Shown here: in pieces, positions 10,038 to 19,953 of the stretch
How positions within the stretch are numbered: the first letter of the stretch is position 1
Layout: each line of letters opens with the position of its first letter
Assembly: GCA_965215565.1 (NCBI GenBank)
Contig: CBDCDZ010000004.1
Location: 3,744,001-3,808,000, forward strand
DNA from: Trueperaceae bacterium
GTDB lineage: Bacteria > Deinococcota > Deinococci > Deinococcales > Trueperaceae
Direction: 5' to 3'
DNA length: 64,000 nucleotides
Notes under the pieces: generated by a model
What the model saw: the letters and a program-made list of their open reading frames with translations, nothing else
Databases searched by the model: none
Told to the model about the DNA's origin: nothing
Translations under genes and position numbers: made by a program

Positions 10038-11705
10038 TTACGGTTGCTGCGCGAAAACGCCGCCCTGCTCGAAAAAGGTGATGATGCCGTCTGCAATGGC
10101 TGCGGCAAGTGTGGTCTGATAGGCGTCAGTGGCGAGCTTGGGACCCTCTTCGGGATGAGAGACGAAACCCGTCTCCACCAAAATCGCGGGCGTGCGGGCG
10201 TTTCTAATGACGTAGAAGATGTTCTTCTGCACGCCTCTGTCGGTTGCGCCCGTCGCGCTGACCATGCGGTCTTGCACCATCTTGGCGAGCGTCAGGCTGT
10301 AGTTGAACTGCTCCTCGCGGAACAGTTCGCCCTCGATACTCGCGACGACTTGCGCCGCCTCGGTCAGCTCCGCGCCGACCTCGCCGCCGCCATTCTCTTC
10401 GACGGCGCGGCTCACGAGCGTGTCGTTGAGCGGCTGACCGAAGACCCACGTCTCCACGCCCTGCGCGTTCGCGTTTTCGGCGGCGTTGGCGTGGATGGAC
10501 AAGAAGAGGTTGTGCTTGTCCGAGGTGGCGAGGTCCGCTCGAGCCGCCAAATCCGCCCGTTTTTCACGTTGTAGGGCGTAGTCGTCGTCGCGCGTCAAGA
10601 TCACCTCGATACCGTTCGCCTCTAAGATGTCGCGCACCTTGAGCGCGATGGCTAAAACCACTTCTTCCTCGCTCGCGTAGCCCTGCGCGCCGGGGTCTCT
10701 GCCACCGTGTCCGGGGTCAATCACCACCGTATGCGTGATGCCCTCGGGCGCGCGCACCTCTTGTGACTCAGCGGGAGCCGTTTGCAGCGTCTCGGCGGGT
10801 TGCCCCTGTAACCCCGGACCGAAGTCCACATAGAGCACCTCGCGCTGCCGTTCGCTCGTCGTGGGCAAAAGCCCGACCTCATACCCTTGTCCCTCTGGGC
10901 TCAGCGGGTAGTCCGTCTGGACGACGAGCGCCAGGTTGCCGTCCACGGAGGTGTAGCCGAGGCTCCCTATGTGCGCCCCCTTCTCCTCTCGGCTAAACGC
11001 CTCGCCGCGCAACCCCGGAAAGGCGATGACCATGTTCGATTCGTCGACTAAAACTGTGTAGGACGCCCCTTCGGGCAAGTCGAGCGCGACGCGCGTCTTG
11101 TCGGCGTGGACGCCCACGCGCGGTCTTTCTAGTGTGACCTCTTGGGTAGACTCCGGTTGAGCGGGTTCGGAAGAGGTCTCCGCAACGGTCTCGGTAGTAT
11201 TTTGCACTGTATCTGGCTCGCTAGAGTCTGGCGAGGCTGTATCGACCTCATCGGGGGTGAACTCGAGCAGCACCACGCGCGTCTCGCTGTCCCACCCTAC
11301 CTCGCCGCCCAACGCCGTTACGAGCGGATTGATCGCGACGTAACTCTGTCCACCCACAAGAATAATCTGCGGGCTGCTGGACGTTTCACCGTCTACGCTC
11401 ACCGTCCCTGAGCGCTCATTCAAACCACGCTGAATGTCGTCGGTGGCGGCGAAAGTGACCGCTCTACCGCCCTGACTGAAATAGAACGCACCCGTGTTCG
11501 GATTGTAACTGTAGCCGACGCCCAGCACGTCGGCGAGCAGGTCAACGCGGGCGAAGGCGTCCGCGGAGTTGCCCTCGGCGATGAAGTAGTAAGGTCCGAC
11601 CTCATCTAAGAGGAGTTCGCCCTCGTAGCCCAGGTAATTGTGTCGCTCTTGCGCCGCAGAGCTAAACACAAGGATAAAAGAGAGGATGACAGCAAGATAC
11701 TTCAC
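10038..11705 (-). CDS. N-acetylmuramoyl-L-alanine amidase (Amidase_3) with N-terminal secreted domains
   Basis: signal peptide; IDPGHGGRDPGA, SIHANA, PAILVETGFVSH. Confidence 0.93.
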   Translation of the reverse strand: MKYLAVILSFILVFSSAAQERHNYLGYEGELLLDEVGPYYFIAEGNSADAFARVDLLADVLGVGYSYNPNTGAFYFSQGGRAVTFAATDDIQRGLNERSGTVSVDGETSSSPQIILVGGQSYVAINPLVTALGGEVGWDSETRVVLLEFTPDEVDTASPDSSEPDTVQNTTETVAETSSEPAQPESTQEVTLERPRVGVHADKTRVALDLPEGASYTVLVDESNMVIAFPGLRGEAFSREEKGAHIGSLGYTSVDGNLALVVQTDYPLSPEGQGYEVGLLPTTSERQREVLYVDFGPGLQGQPAETLQTAPAESQEVRAPEGITHTVVIDPGHGGRDPGAQGYASEEEVVLAIALKVRDILEANGIEVILTRDDDYALQREKRADLAARADLATSDKHNLFLSIHANAAENANAQGVETWVFGQPLNDTLVSRAVEENGGGEVGAELTEAAQVVASIEGELFREEQFNYSLTLAKMVQDRMVSATGATDRGVQKNIFYVIRNARTPAILVETGFVSHPEEGPKLATDAYQTTLAAAIADGIITFFEQGGVFAQQP

Positions 11706-11762
11706 TCTGTAAGCGAGTCTAACACGCTTTGTGAAAGAGGTTGCTGAGAGATTTGTAACATT

Positions 11763-11907
11763 TAGGCGGGTATCAAAGTCTGTCTCCCGTTGGTCGGTTC
11801 ACGTTAGTACTCGCGCAGCGATGGTGGTCAGGAACGCTCTCACTATGTGAAGCGCTGTATGACACACACGTTTTAAGATGGTATCTGCGGCACTTTGTTT
11901 GAGTATG
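11763..11907. repeat. family B intergenic repeat (degenerate copy)
   Basis: TGGTCAGGAACGCTCTCACT...AAGATGGTATCTGC...TTTGTTTGAGTAT aligns with 51030..51142. Confidence 0.6.
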
Positions 11908-11970
11908 CCCTATTTCGGCAGCAACCTCTCCCCATAGACGCCCCCGCCGTCCCCTTGCTAGGCTACACGG

Positions 11971-13296
11971 ATGACGACGCTGCTCCGCGCCCAGCTCTTC
12001 CACACGCCGAAAAACCCCTTCACCGAAGCGGACGCTTTGGAGGTTCATGGAGATGGCGCGGTGGCGTTCGCGGAGGGACGCATTCACAACGTAGGGGCAT
12101 TTGACGAGCTTCGCGCTCGGTACCCCGAAGCCGACGCCATAGAGAGGCGGGACTGCGTACTCCTGCCCGGTTTGGTGGATACCCACGTCCATTATCCACA
12201 GGTGCGCATCATCGGCGCAATGGGGCTCAAGTTGCTGGACTGGCTGAGCGAGCGCACGCTACCCGAAGAGGCGCGACTGGCGGATGTGGACTACGCGAAG
12301 GAGGTAGCCGGAGCCTTCGTCCGCTCCCTCTTGCGCAGCGGCACCACCACCGCCCTCGTCTTCGGCTCGCACTTCGCTAGCGCGCAAGAGGTCTTGTTCG
12401 AGGAGGCGGAGCGTACGGGCTTGAGGATAACCAGCGGGCTCGTGTTGTCGGATAGGAAGTTGCTAAGCGAACTCGAGTCCACCCCCGCCCGGTGCTACGA
12501 GGAGAGCGTCGCGCTGCTCAAGAGGTGGCACAACCACAGGCGGCTGCGCTACGCCGTCACGCCGCGCTTCTCGGTCTCGTGCAGCGAGGACATCTTGGAG
12601 GTGTGCGGCGCACTCCTGCGCGAATACCCTGACCTCTTCTTTCAGACGCACCTCAATGAGAGCGTAGAGGAGATTCGCGTCGTCCGCGAGCTTTTTCCGT
12701 GGGCAAAAGATTATTTGGAAACCTACGAACGCTTCGGCTTAGTCGGTCCAAATTCCGTTTTCGCGCACGACGTTCACGTGACGGACGAGGAACTCTCGAG
12801 GCTCGCCAAAGCAAACGCGGGCGTAGCGCACTGCCCCTCCTCCAACGCCTTTATTGGCAGCGGGCTGTTCGACATGGTGCGGCACGTGGCGCACGGCGTC
12901 CCCTTCGCGCTCGGCACGGATGTCGGCGGCGGTACGGGGTTCAGCCTCTTAAAAGAGGGGTTGATGGCGTACCAGACGCAGATGCTGGTCTCGAGTAGAC
13001 AGGGCAGTGTTGACAAGAAGGGCTACGCGCTCAGCCCGGCGCATCTGCTCTACCTAGCGACACAAGCGGGCGCAAACGTGCTCAATTTAGGAGAAGAGGT
13101 TGGCAGTTTGGCGGCGGGTAAGAGCGCGGACTTCGTCCTCTTGCGTCCGCCTGAAAAGAGCAGTCTAGCCGAAGTTTTAGCGCACAGCCCCTCGGCGGAG
13201 GCGAGTTTAGGCGCGCTCTTTACGCTAGCAAGGGAAGACTACGTGCAAGAGGTCTACTTAGCTGGTGAGCCCAAGCTGACCGAACGTTACGAGTGA
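11971..13296 (+). CDS. guaD: guanine deaminase
   Basis: PGLVDTHVHYPQ, VTPRF, QTHLNE, HCPSSN, GTDVGGG. Confidence 0.95.
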   Translation: MTTLLRAQLFHTPKNPFTEADALEVHGDGAVAFAEGRIHNVGAFDELRARYPEADAIERRDCVLLPGLVDTHVHYPQVRIIGAMGLKLLDWLSERTLPEEARLADVDYAKEVAGAFVRSLLRSGTTTALVFGSHFASAQEVLFEEAERTGLRITSGLVLSDRKLLSELESTPARCYEESVALLKRWHNHRRLRYAVTPRFSVSCSEDILEVCGALLREYPDLFFQTHLNESVEEIRVVRELFPWAKDYLETYERFGLVGPNSVFAHDVHVTDEELSRLAKANAGVAHCPSSNAFIGSGLFDMVRHVAHGVPFALGTDVGGGTGFSLLKEGLMAYQTQMLVSSRQGSVDKKGYALSPAHLLYLATQAGANVLNLGEEVGSLAAGKSADFVLLRPPEKSSLAEVLAHSPSAEASLGALFTLAREDYVQEVYLAGEPKLTERYE

Positions 13297-13808
13297 GTCT
13301 TCGTCGGTCTCTTCCGGTTCGGCGCACTGCGAGGGTAGCTCGCCACCTTTTCTTTCTCCTTCTCGTCCACGCTCTCGGTGTCCTCGTCCACCTCTTCCGC
13401 CTGCACCTTTGTGACTGGTACGTTGTCATCTGAGCCGTCGTCCACCACGACGTTCTGAACGGGTTCGCGGCGGGCGGAGAACGAGTCCTCCAACTGAAGC
13501 TGCTTGCGCTGCTCGAGCTGCTTGCGAAACTTCTCGTCGCCCACGAGCTGATACGCGCCGCCCTCTAGGTGGTCGTAAACCGCCTTATAGCTCTGCGTGA
13601 GGTTGTCCACCAGTTCTGCTGTCCGCAGGAAGTGCTCGCTCACGTCCTCGCGGTACACCTCTAGCTCTTCGGTCTTGGCATCGAGTTCTTCTTGCAGTTT
13701 TTTAAGCCTGCGCGAGTTGCGGTAGCGCAGCGTGAAAAAGGCGAAGCCCAAAATGCTGCCCACCACAAAGACCACCACGACGAAAAGCCAAAAATTCTCG
13801 ATATACAT
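13287..13808 (-). CDS. YhcB/ZapG (DUF1043)-like membrane-anchored coiled-coil protein
   Basis: N-terminal TM helix, then ELEVYREDVSEHFLRTAELVDNLTQSYKAVYDHL; GAGGAG RBS. Confidence 0.8.
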   Translation of the reverse strand: MYIENFWLFVVVVFVVGSILGFAFFTLRYRNSRRLKKLQEELDAKTEELEVYREDVSEHFLRTAELVDNLTQSYKAVYDHLEGGAYQLVGDEKFRKQLEQRKQLQLEDSFSARREPVQNVVVDDGSDDNVPVTKVQAEEVDEDTESVDEKEKEKVASYPRSAPNRKRPTKTHS

Positions 13809-14141
13809 GTGTCCTCCTCTAAACCTTGCTAGGGCAATACACTGATATCCTCACAGCGCCACGCCCGTCATCATCTCAATCGTTACCGCCTCCAGCTTAA
13901 CTGGAGTACGTCAATCTCATCTCTACAGTTTAAGCTAACTCGCCCGCGAAGGGGTGTGACGTGCAAGAGGAGCAGAGGAGGCAGAATATTACCTTCTGTA
14001 TTCTCTTCCTGCCAACTTCTTCACATCCGCGCTTTATCCACTAAAAATTTGCTGAAAAGGTGACGAAAGCACATGAAGATATGAACGGTCTATGAAAAAT
14101 TAGGGTACCCGCAAGGGCACACTCACACTTATAATCATAGG

Positions 14142-16079
14142 GTGGACGCCGTCTCTTGCCCTTCGTGTAGCGCGCCGAACCCCAAGGCGATGCGCTTTTG
14201 CGGCATGTGCGGAGCGCGACTTGCCCCGCACCCGTTAGGGCGCGAGCGGCGGCGGGTGACGGTGGTTTTTATCGATCTGGTGGGTTTTAGTGCGCTCACC
14301 CGTGACTTCGATCCTGAAAAGCTGCGCGACCTAGCCGACGAAATTTTGACCGTCATCGCGGGCATCGTCGAGGACTTCGACGGCTACGTGGACGCTTTTC
14401 AAGGCGACGGGCTCATCGCGCTCTTTGGCGCGCCGCGCTCGCACTCGGACGACCCGGAACGAGCGGTCTTGGCGGCGGCAGCGGGGCTCCGCGCGGTGGA
14501 GACTATCGGGCAGAACAAGGGCATTATGCTCAAAGGGCGCGCGGGCATCAACACGGGCACGGTTATCGCGGGCACAGTGGGTACGCGGCGCGTCAAGGAC
14601 TACACGGTCATGGGCTCGGCGGTGAATCTGGCGGCGCGGCTCGAGGCGGCCGCCTCCCCCGGCGAGGTCTGGGTGGGCGAAGAGACCTTCGAGGCGACGC
14701 GCCACCGCCTCTACTACGCGCCGAGCCCGCCCCTGACGCTGCGCGGCTTCCCCGAGGTGACGCGGGCGTACCACTTCACCGAGCGGATGCACGCCCGCGA
14801 CCCGTACGCGCACTTGAACTTCGTGGGGCGCAAGGAGGAGCGCCAGGTCTTATGGGACGCCCTGGAAGAGGTGCGCCGCACTGCTCAGGTGAAAGAGGTG
14901 CGACTCGTCGGTGAGGCGGGCAGCGGCAAGACGCGGCTCATGCGCGAGTTTTGCAAAGAGGTCAAAAGGCGGCGGGTGGCGCAGGTGGTGTGGCCCCAAC
15001 CCGATCCCTTCACCACGCCCTCCGCCTCATCTCTAAACGCCTCACTAGAACCTCTTCTCCTCAGCGACAACCTCCAAGACACGCCCCTCCTACTCGTCAC
15101 CGAGCCGAGCGCAGCGCAAGAGGCGATGCTCTTAGAGCGGGCGGCGGCAGGCGCACTCGTCGTTCGCCTAACTCGCAAAAGAACCGAAATAAGTGTGGGG
15201 TCTGAAGGCACCTTGCCCCTCGCCCCGCTCAGCACCGAGGAGAGCTTGGCGCTTTTAGGGCAACTTACCCGCCCGGAATTCAAGGTGGCGGCGGAAGCCC
15301 TGGTCACGCAAGTTGGTGGCGTCCCCGCGCACGTCATCGAACTAGGGCGCGCGCTCGGCGCAGCCCGCTTCGGTACCTTGCCCAACTCGCTGACCTCGCT
15401 CTTGCAAGCGCGGCTCGATTTGCTGCCGCAGAGCGCGCGGCAGCTTCTCGCCCAACTCGCCCTCGTGGGCGAGCGCTGCTGGGCGGGTCTCGCTCTTGTC
15501 CTCGCGGCGCAAAACGACCTAGAAACGCTCCTCAAGGAGAATCTGCTCGTGTTAGAGGCGCACACCGCGCTCCCCGGCGAGACGGAGTACCGCTTTCAGA
15601 GCGACCTCTTGCGCAGCGCCGCGCTCCTCATGGTCCCCTTGAGCGAGCGCCCCAAAACGCATCAGCATATCGCGAACTGGCTGGCGAGTCGCAGCCTCGT
15701 CGAAGAGGCGAAAGTGGAGGACATAGCGGCGCTGACGGTGCACCACTTCAGGCAAGCGGGCGACGACGAGGCTGCGTATCCTCACCTCTTGAACGCGGCG
15801 CTGGCGGCGGCTGAAAGAGGCGCGTACGAGGGGCTCGAGACCCTCGCAGCTTTGAACGTTCCCCCGCACCTGCGCGCGCAGAGCGCCCTCGCCTATGCTC
15901 AAACGATGTGGCAACGCGACGCCCAAACCTCCTCTCAGAGACTAGAAGAGGTCAGAGCGTGGCTCGCATCAGAACCTGAAAGCGAGCACGAAGCCTTACG
16001 GACGCAATACGACGAACTGGTGAAAACGCTCAAAGCCGGTGTTCAGATAGGACAAGCGGGCTTGCGCATGGCGAGCTAA
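14142..16079 (+). CDS. zinc-ribbon / class III nucleotide cyclase / AAA-type P-loop multidomain protein
   Basis: CPSC..FCGMCG; VFIDLVGFS, GDG, VNLAARLE; GEAGSGKTRL. Confidence 0.9.
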   Translation: MDAVSCPSCSAPNPKAMRFCGMCGARLAPHPLGRERRRVTVVFIDLVGFSALTRDFDPEKLRDLADEILTVIAGIVEDFDGYVDAFQGDGLIALFGAPRSHSDDPERAVLAAAAGLRAVETIGQNKGIMLKGRAGINTGTVIAGTVGTRRVKDYTVMGSAVNLAARLEAAASPGEVWVGEETFEATRHRLYYAPSPPLTLRGFPEVTRAYHFTERMHARDPYAHLNFVGRKEERQVLWDALEEVRRTAQVKEVRLVGEAGSGKTRLMREFCKEVKRRRVAQVVWPQPDPFTTPSASSLNASLEPLLLSDNLQDTPLLLVTEPSAAQEAMLLERAAAGALVVRLTRKRTEISVGSEGTLPLAPLSTEESLALLGQLTRPEFKVAAEALVTQVGGVPAHVIELGRALGAARFGTLPNSLTSLLQARLDLLPQSARQLLAQLALVGERCWAGLALVLAAQNDLETLLKENLLVLEAHTALPGETEYRFQSDLLRSAALLMVPLSERPKTHQHIANWLASRSLVEEAKVEDIAALTVHHFRQAGDDEAAYPHLLNAALAAAERGAYEGLETLAALNVPPHLRAQSALAYAQTMWQRDAQTSSQRLEEVRAWLASEPESEHEALRTQYDELVKTLKAGVQIGQAGLRMAS

Positions 16080-16095
16080 TTAGAGCTGCTCCATA

Positions 16096-16944
16096 TCACT
16101 TAGGCACCACCTCTTCAGGCGATTTCCCAGGTAACTCTTCCGCCGAGCCGAAGACCACAAACCACGCCCGAAAGCTCGGCTCGACCTCTAGGAGGAGCCT
16201 CGAGACGTCACCCCGGTCAAGCTTCTTGCCGCCTTGCAACCTCTCTCGCAGCGCCGCCGGAAAATCCCACCCTCGCTCCGCCAAAAGCTCCGCCGCCCGG
16301 AGTGTAAACACCCCTTGAAACCAGAGTAGATTACCGAAGTCGAGTTTCCCCCTCGGATACTCAAACGCGCCGAGGTCCGCCCGCTTGACCGTCGTACCGG
16401 CGACTTGCAGCCGCGCCCACGCCGTGAAACGCTCCTTGACGGCGTCTAAACCTGCAGCCTCTAAAGCCGCCAAGAAGAGGTACGTCGCCATAAATTCGTC
16501 CACCCACTTCACGCGGCTGCGAAGCCCTGAAAGGTTCGCCGCCGCGTGTCCCCACTCGTGCCCAATCAAGAGGTCCAAAAACTCGCGCACGTCCCCCGGC
16601 GCGTCCTCGCCCGCTTGCGCCGCCCGCACCAAAATATCGTCCCAACGCCGCAACATCCGCGGCGGATAGTCCGCCGCCGCGACGATGCTCACGCCCCCAC
16701 CTTTTTGCGTGCGCGTGAAGGGTAGACCGTAGGGGTAGCTAAAGAGCTTCTGCCAGTCGCGGCGGCTCACGATGAGGAGTTCGGTATCTGACAGCTCGCC
16801 CAAATGCGGCGCGGCTCCCGCTTGCAACTCGCCCAAAAACCGCCTGAGTTGCGCCGTGCGCCGCTGAGCACCCTTGGAAAAACGCGCAGGCGGCGAGCCG
16901 GGTAGAGGTTGCAAGTAGACCTTGCGGGCGTAGGGGTCACTCAC
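16096..16944 (-). CDS. hypothetical protein with zincin-like HExxH motif
   Basis: GHEWGH followed by WVDEFMATY; GTG start at 16944 preferred. Confidence 0.75.
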   Translation of the reverse strand: MSDPYARKVYLQPLPGSPPARFSKGAQRRTAQLRRFLGELQAGAAPHLGELSDTELLIVSRRDWQKLFSYPYGLPFTRTQKGGGVSIVAAADYPPRMLRRWDDILVRAAQAGEDAPGDVREFLDLLIGHEWGHAAANLSGLRSRVKWVDEFMATYLFLAALEAAGLDAVKERFTAWARLQVAGTTVKRADLGAFEYPRGKLDFGNLLWFQGVFTLRAAELLAERGWDFPAALRERLQGGKKLDRGDVSRLLLEVEPSFRAWFVVFGSAEELPGKSPEEVVPK

Positions 16945-17023
16945 GCTTCGGCGCGTGGTTGAGTGGGTTGCGTCATGGGTTAGTGTACCGCGAAGGGCAG
17001 AACGTTTCGTAGACACCTGAACC

Positions 17024-17066
17024 GTCATTCCGAGCGGATGTGAAGACTCTCTACGTTCAGAATGAC
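17024..17066. repeat. GTCATTC...GAATGAC hairpin (degenerate REP-like)
   Basis: GTCATTCCGAGCG...CGTTCAGAATGAC imperfect inverted repeat. Confidence 0.5.
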
Positions 17067-17096
17067 ATCTTATTCCACCTCTACTCACCAGACCTC

Positions 17097-17155
17097 TTGA
17101 CAACTCATCTACATAGGAATACTATATACTCAATCTGAGTACCTAGTATTCCTAT
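17097..17155 (+). promoter_or_regulatory. sigma70 promoter and long palindromic operator of the padR operon
   Basis: TTGACA(17097)-N17-TACTAT(17120); ATAGGAATACTA-TA-TACTCA-ATC-TGAGTA-CC-TAGTATTCCTAT at 17113..17155. Confidence 0.8.
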
Positions 17156-17165
17156 GGAGGTAAAT

Positions 17166-17492
17166 GTGAACGGCAACCTGCTCAAAGGCAACCTAGACCT
17201 CATCCTCTTGGCGATATTGGAGGACGAGCCCAAATACGGCTTAGAGATTATCGGCGAAGCTAGGGTCCGCACGGACGGCTACTTCGAATTCAAAGAGGGC
17301 AGCCTCTACCCGGCGCTGCACCGCCTCGCTAAAGCGAAGCTCGTCGCGGCGGAGTTCGCGCCCTCGGACGCAGGCGGGCCGCGCCGCCGCTACTACCGCT
17401 TGACGGACGCAGGTAGCAAGCGCTTGGCGGAGAAGCGCAAGGAGTGGGAGCGGTTTAACGGCGCGGTTCGGGCGCTTTGGGAGGGACGATGA
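17166..17492 (+). CDS. PadR family transcriptional regulator
   Basis: LLKGNLDLILL, YGLEI, EGSLYPALHRL, RRRYYRLTDAG; GGAGG RBS before GTG 17166. Confidence 0.95.
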   Translation: MNGNLLKGNLDLILLAILEDEPKYGLEIIGEARVRTDGYFEFKEGSLYPALHRLAKAKLVAAEFAPSDAGGPRRRYYRLTDAGSKRLAEKRKEWERFNGAVRALWEGR

Positions 17493-18706
17493 GCGAGGTC
17501 GAGCGGTATTTGCAGAGGGCGACATGGGGTCTTTGGGGACGCAAGCGCCAAGAGGTGCGCGAGGAGCTAGAGACGCATATTCAAGAGAGGATTGTAGCGC
17601 ACCGGATTGCAGGACTCAGCGAGAAAAACGCCGTGGAGCGCACGCTCAGTGAGATGGGTGAGCCGCGAGAGGTGAGTGAAGGGATGACGCGAATTTACAC
17701 CTTGCCCACGCTACTAGGTTCCGGCGTGTTCTTCGCGGCAGCTTGCGCAATTGTCGTTGTAACGTTCTCAGATGGTTCAGCGCAGTCTCTACCTCTAGAC
17801 TACCGCTGGCCTGCGGAGATTTGCCTCGAGGCGTCCGCCCAAAACCTGCCAGAAAAGTGTAAGGCAGACGAACCCTGGCTCAGCGTCGAAGAACTTAAAG
17901 AGAACCTCGGGCCACTCGGCGTGGGCGTCACAGAGCAAGGTGATGACACTATCCTCTCCTTCCCCAACGCGCAACCCGTACGCCTGCCGCCCCTCGACAT
18001 CAAGCCCGCAGATTACGGTTCAAGCGCGGGCACGGAGACGCTTAACACCTTTCTCCGAAGTGAGCAGTTGCGCGAAGGGTACTACCCCCTCTACGCAATT
18101 GTTTTCCAGATCGCGAGCCAGGCTGACGTACCTGTAAGGCTCGAGGGGTGGGAAAACCCAACGTTGCAGGTGGGCGACGCCGCTTTCCAGCTAGGGACCG
18201 AAGCGCAACCGCTCCAAGATATGTTCCTCTTTGGACTGCTTTTCATGCCCCTGATAGACCAGCCGTCCTTCCCCGAATTCATCGAATCCACCGGGCTTAC
18301 CTACACCGCTTGGGACGACGGGGACGGGTCTTCTAAATACAACCTCGAGAGCCAGCGTTTCGAGGTCGGCGCGGAAGAGGGCGAGAGGTACTTCGTGGCG
18401 GCTTTTTTGGAGCCGACGCCAGACGACGTGGCTCGGCTCGAGCGTGAGGTAGATAACACAACCCTTTGGTACGACATCGCTCGAGGAAACGCAGACGGCA
18501 CCGTCAACCTGCGCCTGCCCAATGAAGTCACCTTTGTAGAAAAGATAAGTGAGCAGCCAGAGGTGAATACGGCTGTGCTCATACGGCTTACGGATACGTT
18601 CGTGCCTTACCGCGTAGCGACGGAGCGCGAAGGTGGAGAGGTTGCGGGATTGGATTACGGAATTGTCTCGCCCACTCAGATTCGTGCAGTGGAGGAAGCG
18701 CAGTGA
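17489..18706 (+). CDS. HAAS / permease-prefix-domain membrane protein with large extracytoplasmic domain (paralogue 1)
   Basis: VERYL..EVREELETHI..MGEPREV N-terminus, one TM helix; ATGA overlap with padR. Confidence 0.85.
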   Translation: MSEVERYLQRATWGLWGRKRQEVREELETHIQERIVAHRIAGLSEKNAVERTLSEMGEPREVSEGMTRIYTLPTLLGSGVFFAAACAIVVVTFSDGSAQSLPLDYRWPAEICLEASAQNLPEKCKADEPWLSVEELKENLGPLGVGVTEQGDDTILSFPNAQPVRLPPLDIKPADYGSSAGTETLNTFLRSEQLREGYYPLYAIVFQIASQADVPVRLEGWENPTLQVGDAAFQLGTEAQPLQDMFLFGLLFMPLIDQPSFPEFIESTGLTYTAWDDGDGSSKYNLESQRFEVGAEEGERYFVAAFLEPTPDDVARLEREVDNTTLWYDIARGNADGTVNLRLPNEVTFVEKISEQPEVNTAVLIRLTDTFVPYRVATEREGGEVAGLDYGIVSPTQIRAVEEAQ

Positions 18707-19932
18707 ACGACGTTGAGCAGTATCTAAAAAGGGCAACACGCGGACTTTGGGGGCGCAGGCGTAAAGAGGTCCGTGAGGAGTTAGAAGCGCACATTCAAGA
18801 GCGCGTCATGGCGTACCGAATCGCAGGATTAGATGAAGAAGATGCAACTGAGCGAACGCTTGGAGAACTTGGGCATCCGAGAGAGGTGAGTGCAGGCATG
18901 GCAAGAATTTACACCCTACCGACGCTTTTTGAAACGGGTCTTTTGGCTACGGCAGCTTGTGTTTTGGTGGCGTCGCTTAGCTCGAGCAGCCTAGCGCAGT
19001 CCGTAGAAGGTCTTTTCTACTATCCGACTGAAACGTGCGTCCAAGCTGTAGAGGAGGGGAAAATCAGCATCGGTTCGCTCGAGGAGTATCACTCTGACAC
19101 CTCAGACGCTTGCGTAATGATGTTTGACGGTTCGCTCTGGCTGAGTGTGGCGTCGCTCGAGAGGGCGTTGGAACCGCAGGGCGTTGACGTGTATAGAGAC
19201 AGGTTTCTTACCTTCGACTTTCCAGAAGCGGACAAGGTCTTTTTAGCTTCCAACGCAAGCGATATTCAGTACTTCGTTGAGGATGGACAGCTTCCTCTCG
19301 CGCAGTCCTCTTATATCTCGCTCTGGAATCTCCTCGAGGCGGCAACTCGATCAAGAAATATAGATGTCGGTGTGACAAGCTGGGATAATCCGACTGTGAA
19401 GTTCAACAATGCTTCCCTTCAAATCGGTACAGAGACGCAGCCTGTGAGAGGAGAGGATTTCTATAACACTTACCTGAGTTGGCTTCTGTCTGGTACTTTA
19501 GTCGATCCATTCATCAACATGGATTACATGTATTTGGTCAACATGTATGACGAGCAAAGCGCGAACGCCACCGAACATACGTCCCTTCACACCCTAGAAA
19601 TTGACTCTACGCAAACCCTGTCCGAAAGTAGCTCTCCAGGTGTTTATGGCGTAGTTGTCGTACTAGATTCGGCAGGACCTCTAATCCGCGATACGTACGC
19701 TGACCAGGTGGACGACGCTCCGGGCATGGCATTTCTAACGGACATAACTAGGGTTAATCAAGAGGGACAGCTAGACCTGCATCTTCCAACAGGCGAGGTT
19801 CAGTTTGTCGAGTCGTTGTCAACAAACCCGGAGCCCGGTACGGCGGTGTTGGTGCGTCTTACCGGAGGCTCGAACGAGTTTCAGAGGTGGTACGAGGTTG
19901 TCTTACCCGAGCAAATCCAAGAGGTGAACTAA
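18703..19932 (+). CDS. HAAS / permease-prefix-domain membrane protein (paralogue 2)
   Basis: N-terminal ~75 aa closely similar to 17489..18706; GTGA overlap. Confidence 0.85.
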   Translation: MNDVEQYLKRATRGLWGRRRKEVREELEAHIQERVMAYRIAGLDEEDATERTLGELGHPREVSAGMARIYTLPTLFETGLLATAACVLVASLSSSSLAQSVEGLFYYPTETCVQAVEEGKISIGSLEEYHSDTSDACVMMFDGSLWLSVASLERALEPQGVDVYRDRFLTFDFPEADKVFLASNASDIQYFVEDGQLPLAQSSYISLWNLLEAATRSRNIDVGVTSWDNPTVKFNNASLQIGTETQPVRGEDFYNTYLSWLLSGTLVDPFINMDYMYLVNMYDEQSANATEHTSLHTLEIDSTQTLSESSSPGVYGVVVVLDSAGPLIRDTYADQVDDAPGMAFLTDITRVNQEGQLDLHLPTGEVQFVESLSTNPEPGTAVLVRLTGGSNEFQRWYEVVLPEQIQEVN

Positions 19933-19953
19933 GCCAAGCGCTATACTAAGCCT

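Noticed and set aside
11706..11970. Purine riboswitch upstream of guaD
   Set aside because: No purine aptamer core seen; the region is a family B repeat and guaD looks leaderless.
16945..17103. N-terminal extension of the zincin-like ORF to 17103
   Set aside because: It runs through a REP-like hairpin (CHSERRE peptide) and the padR promoter.
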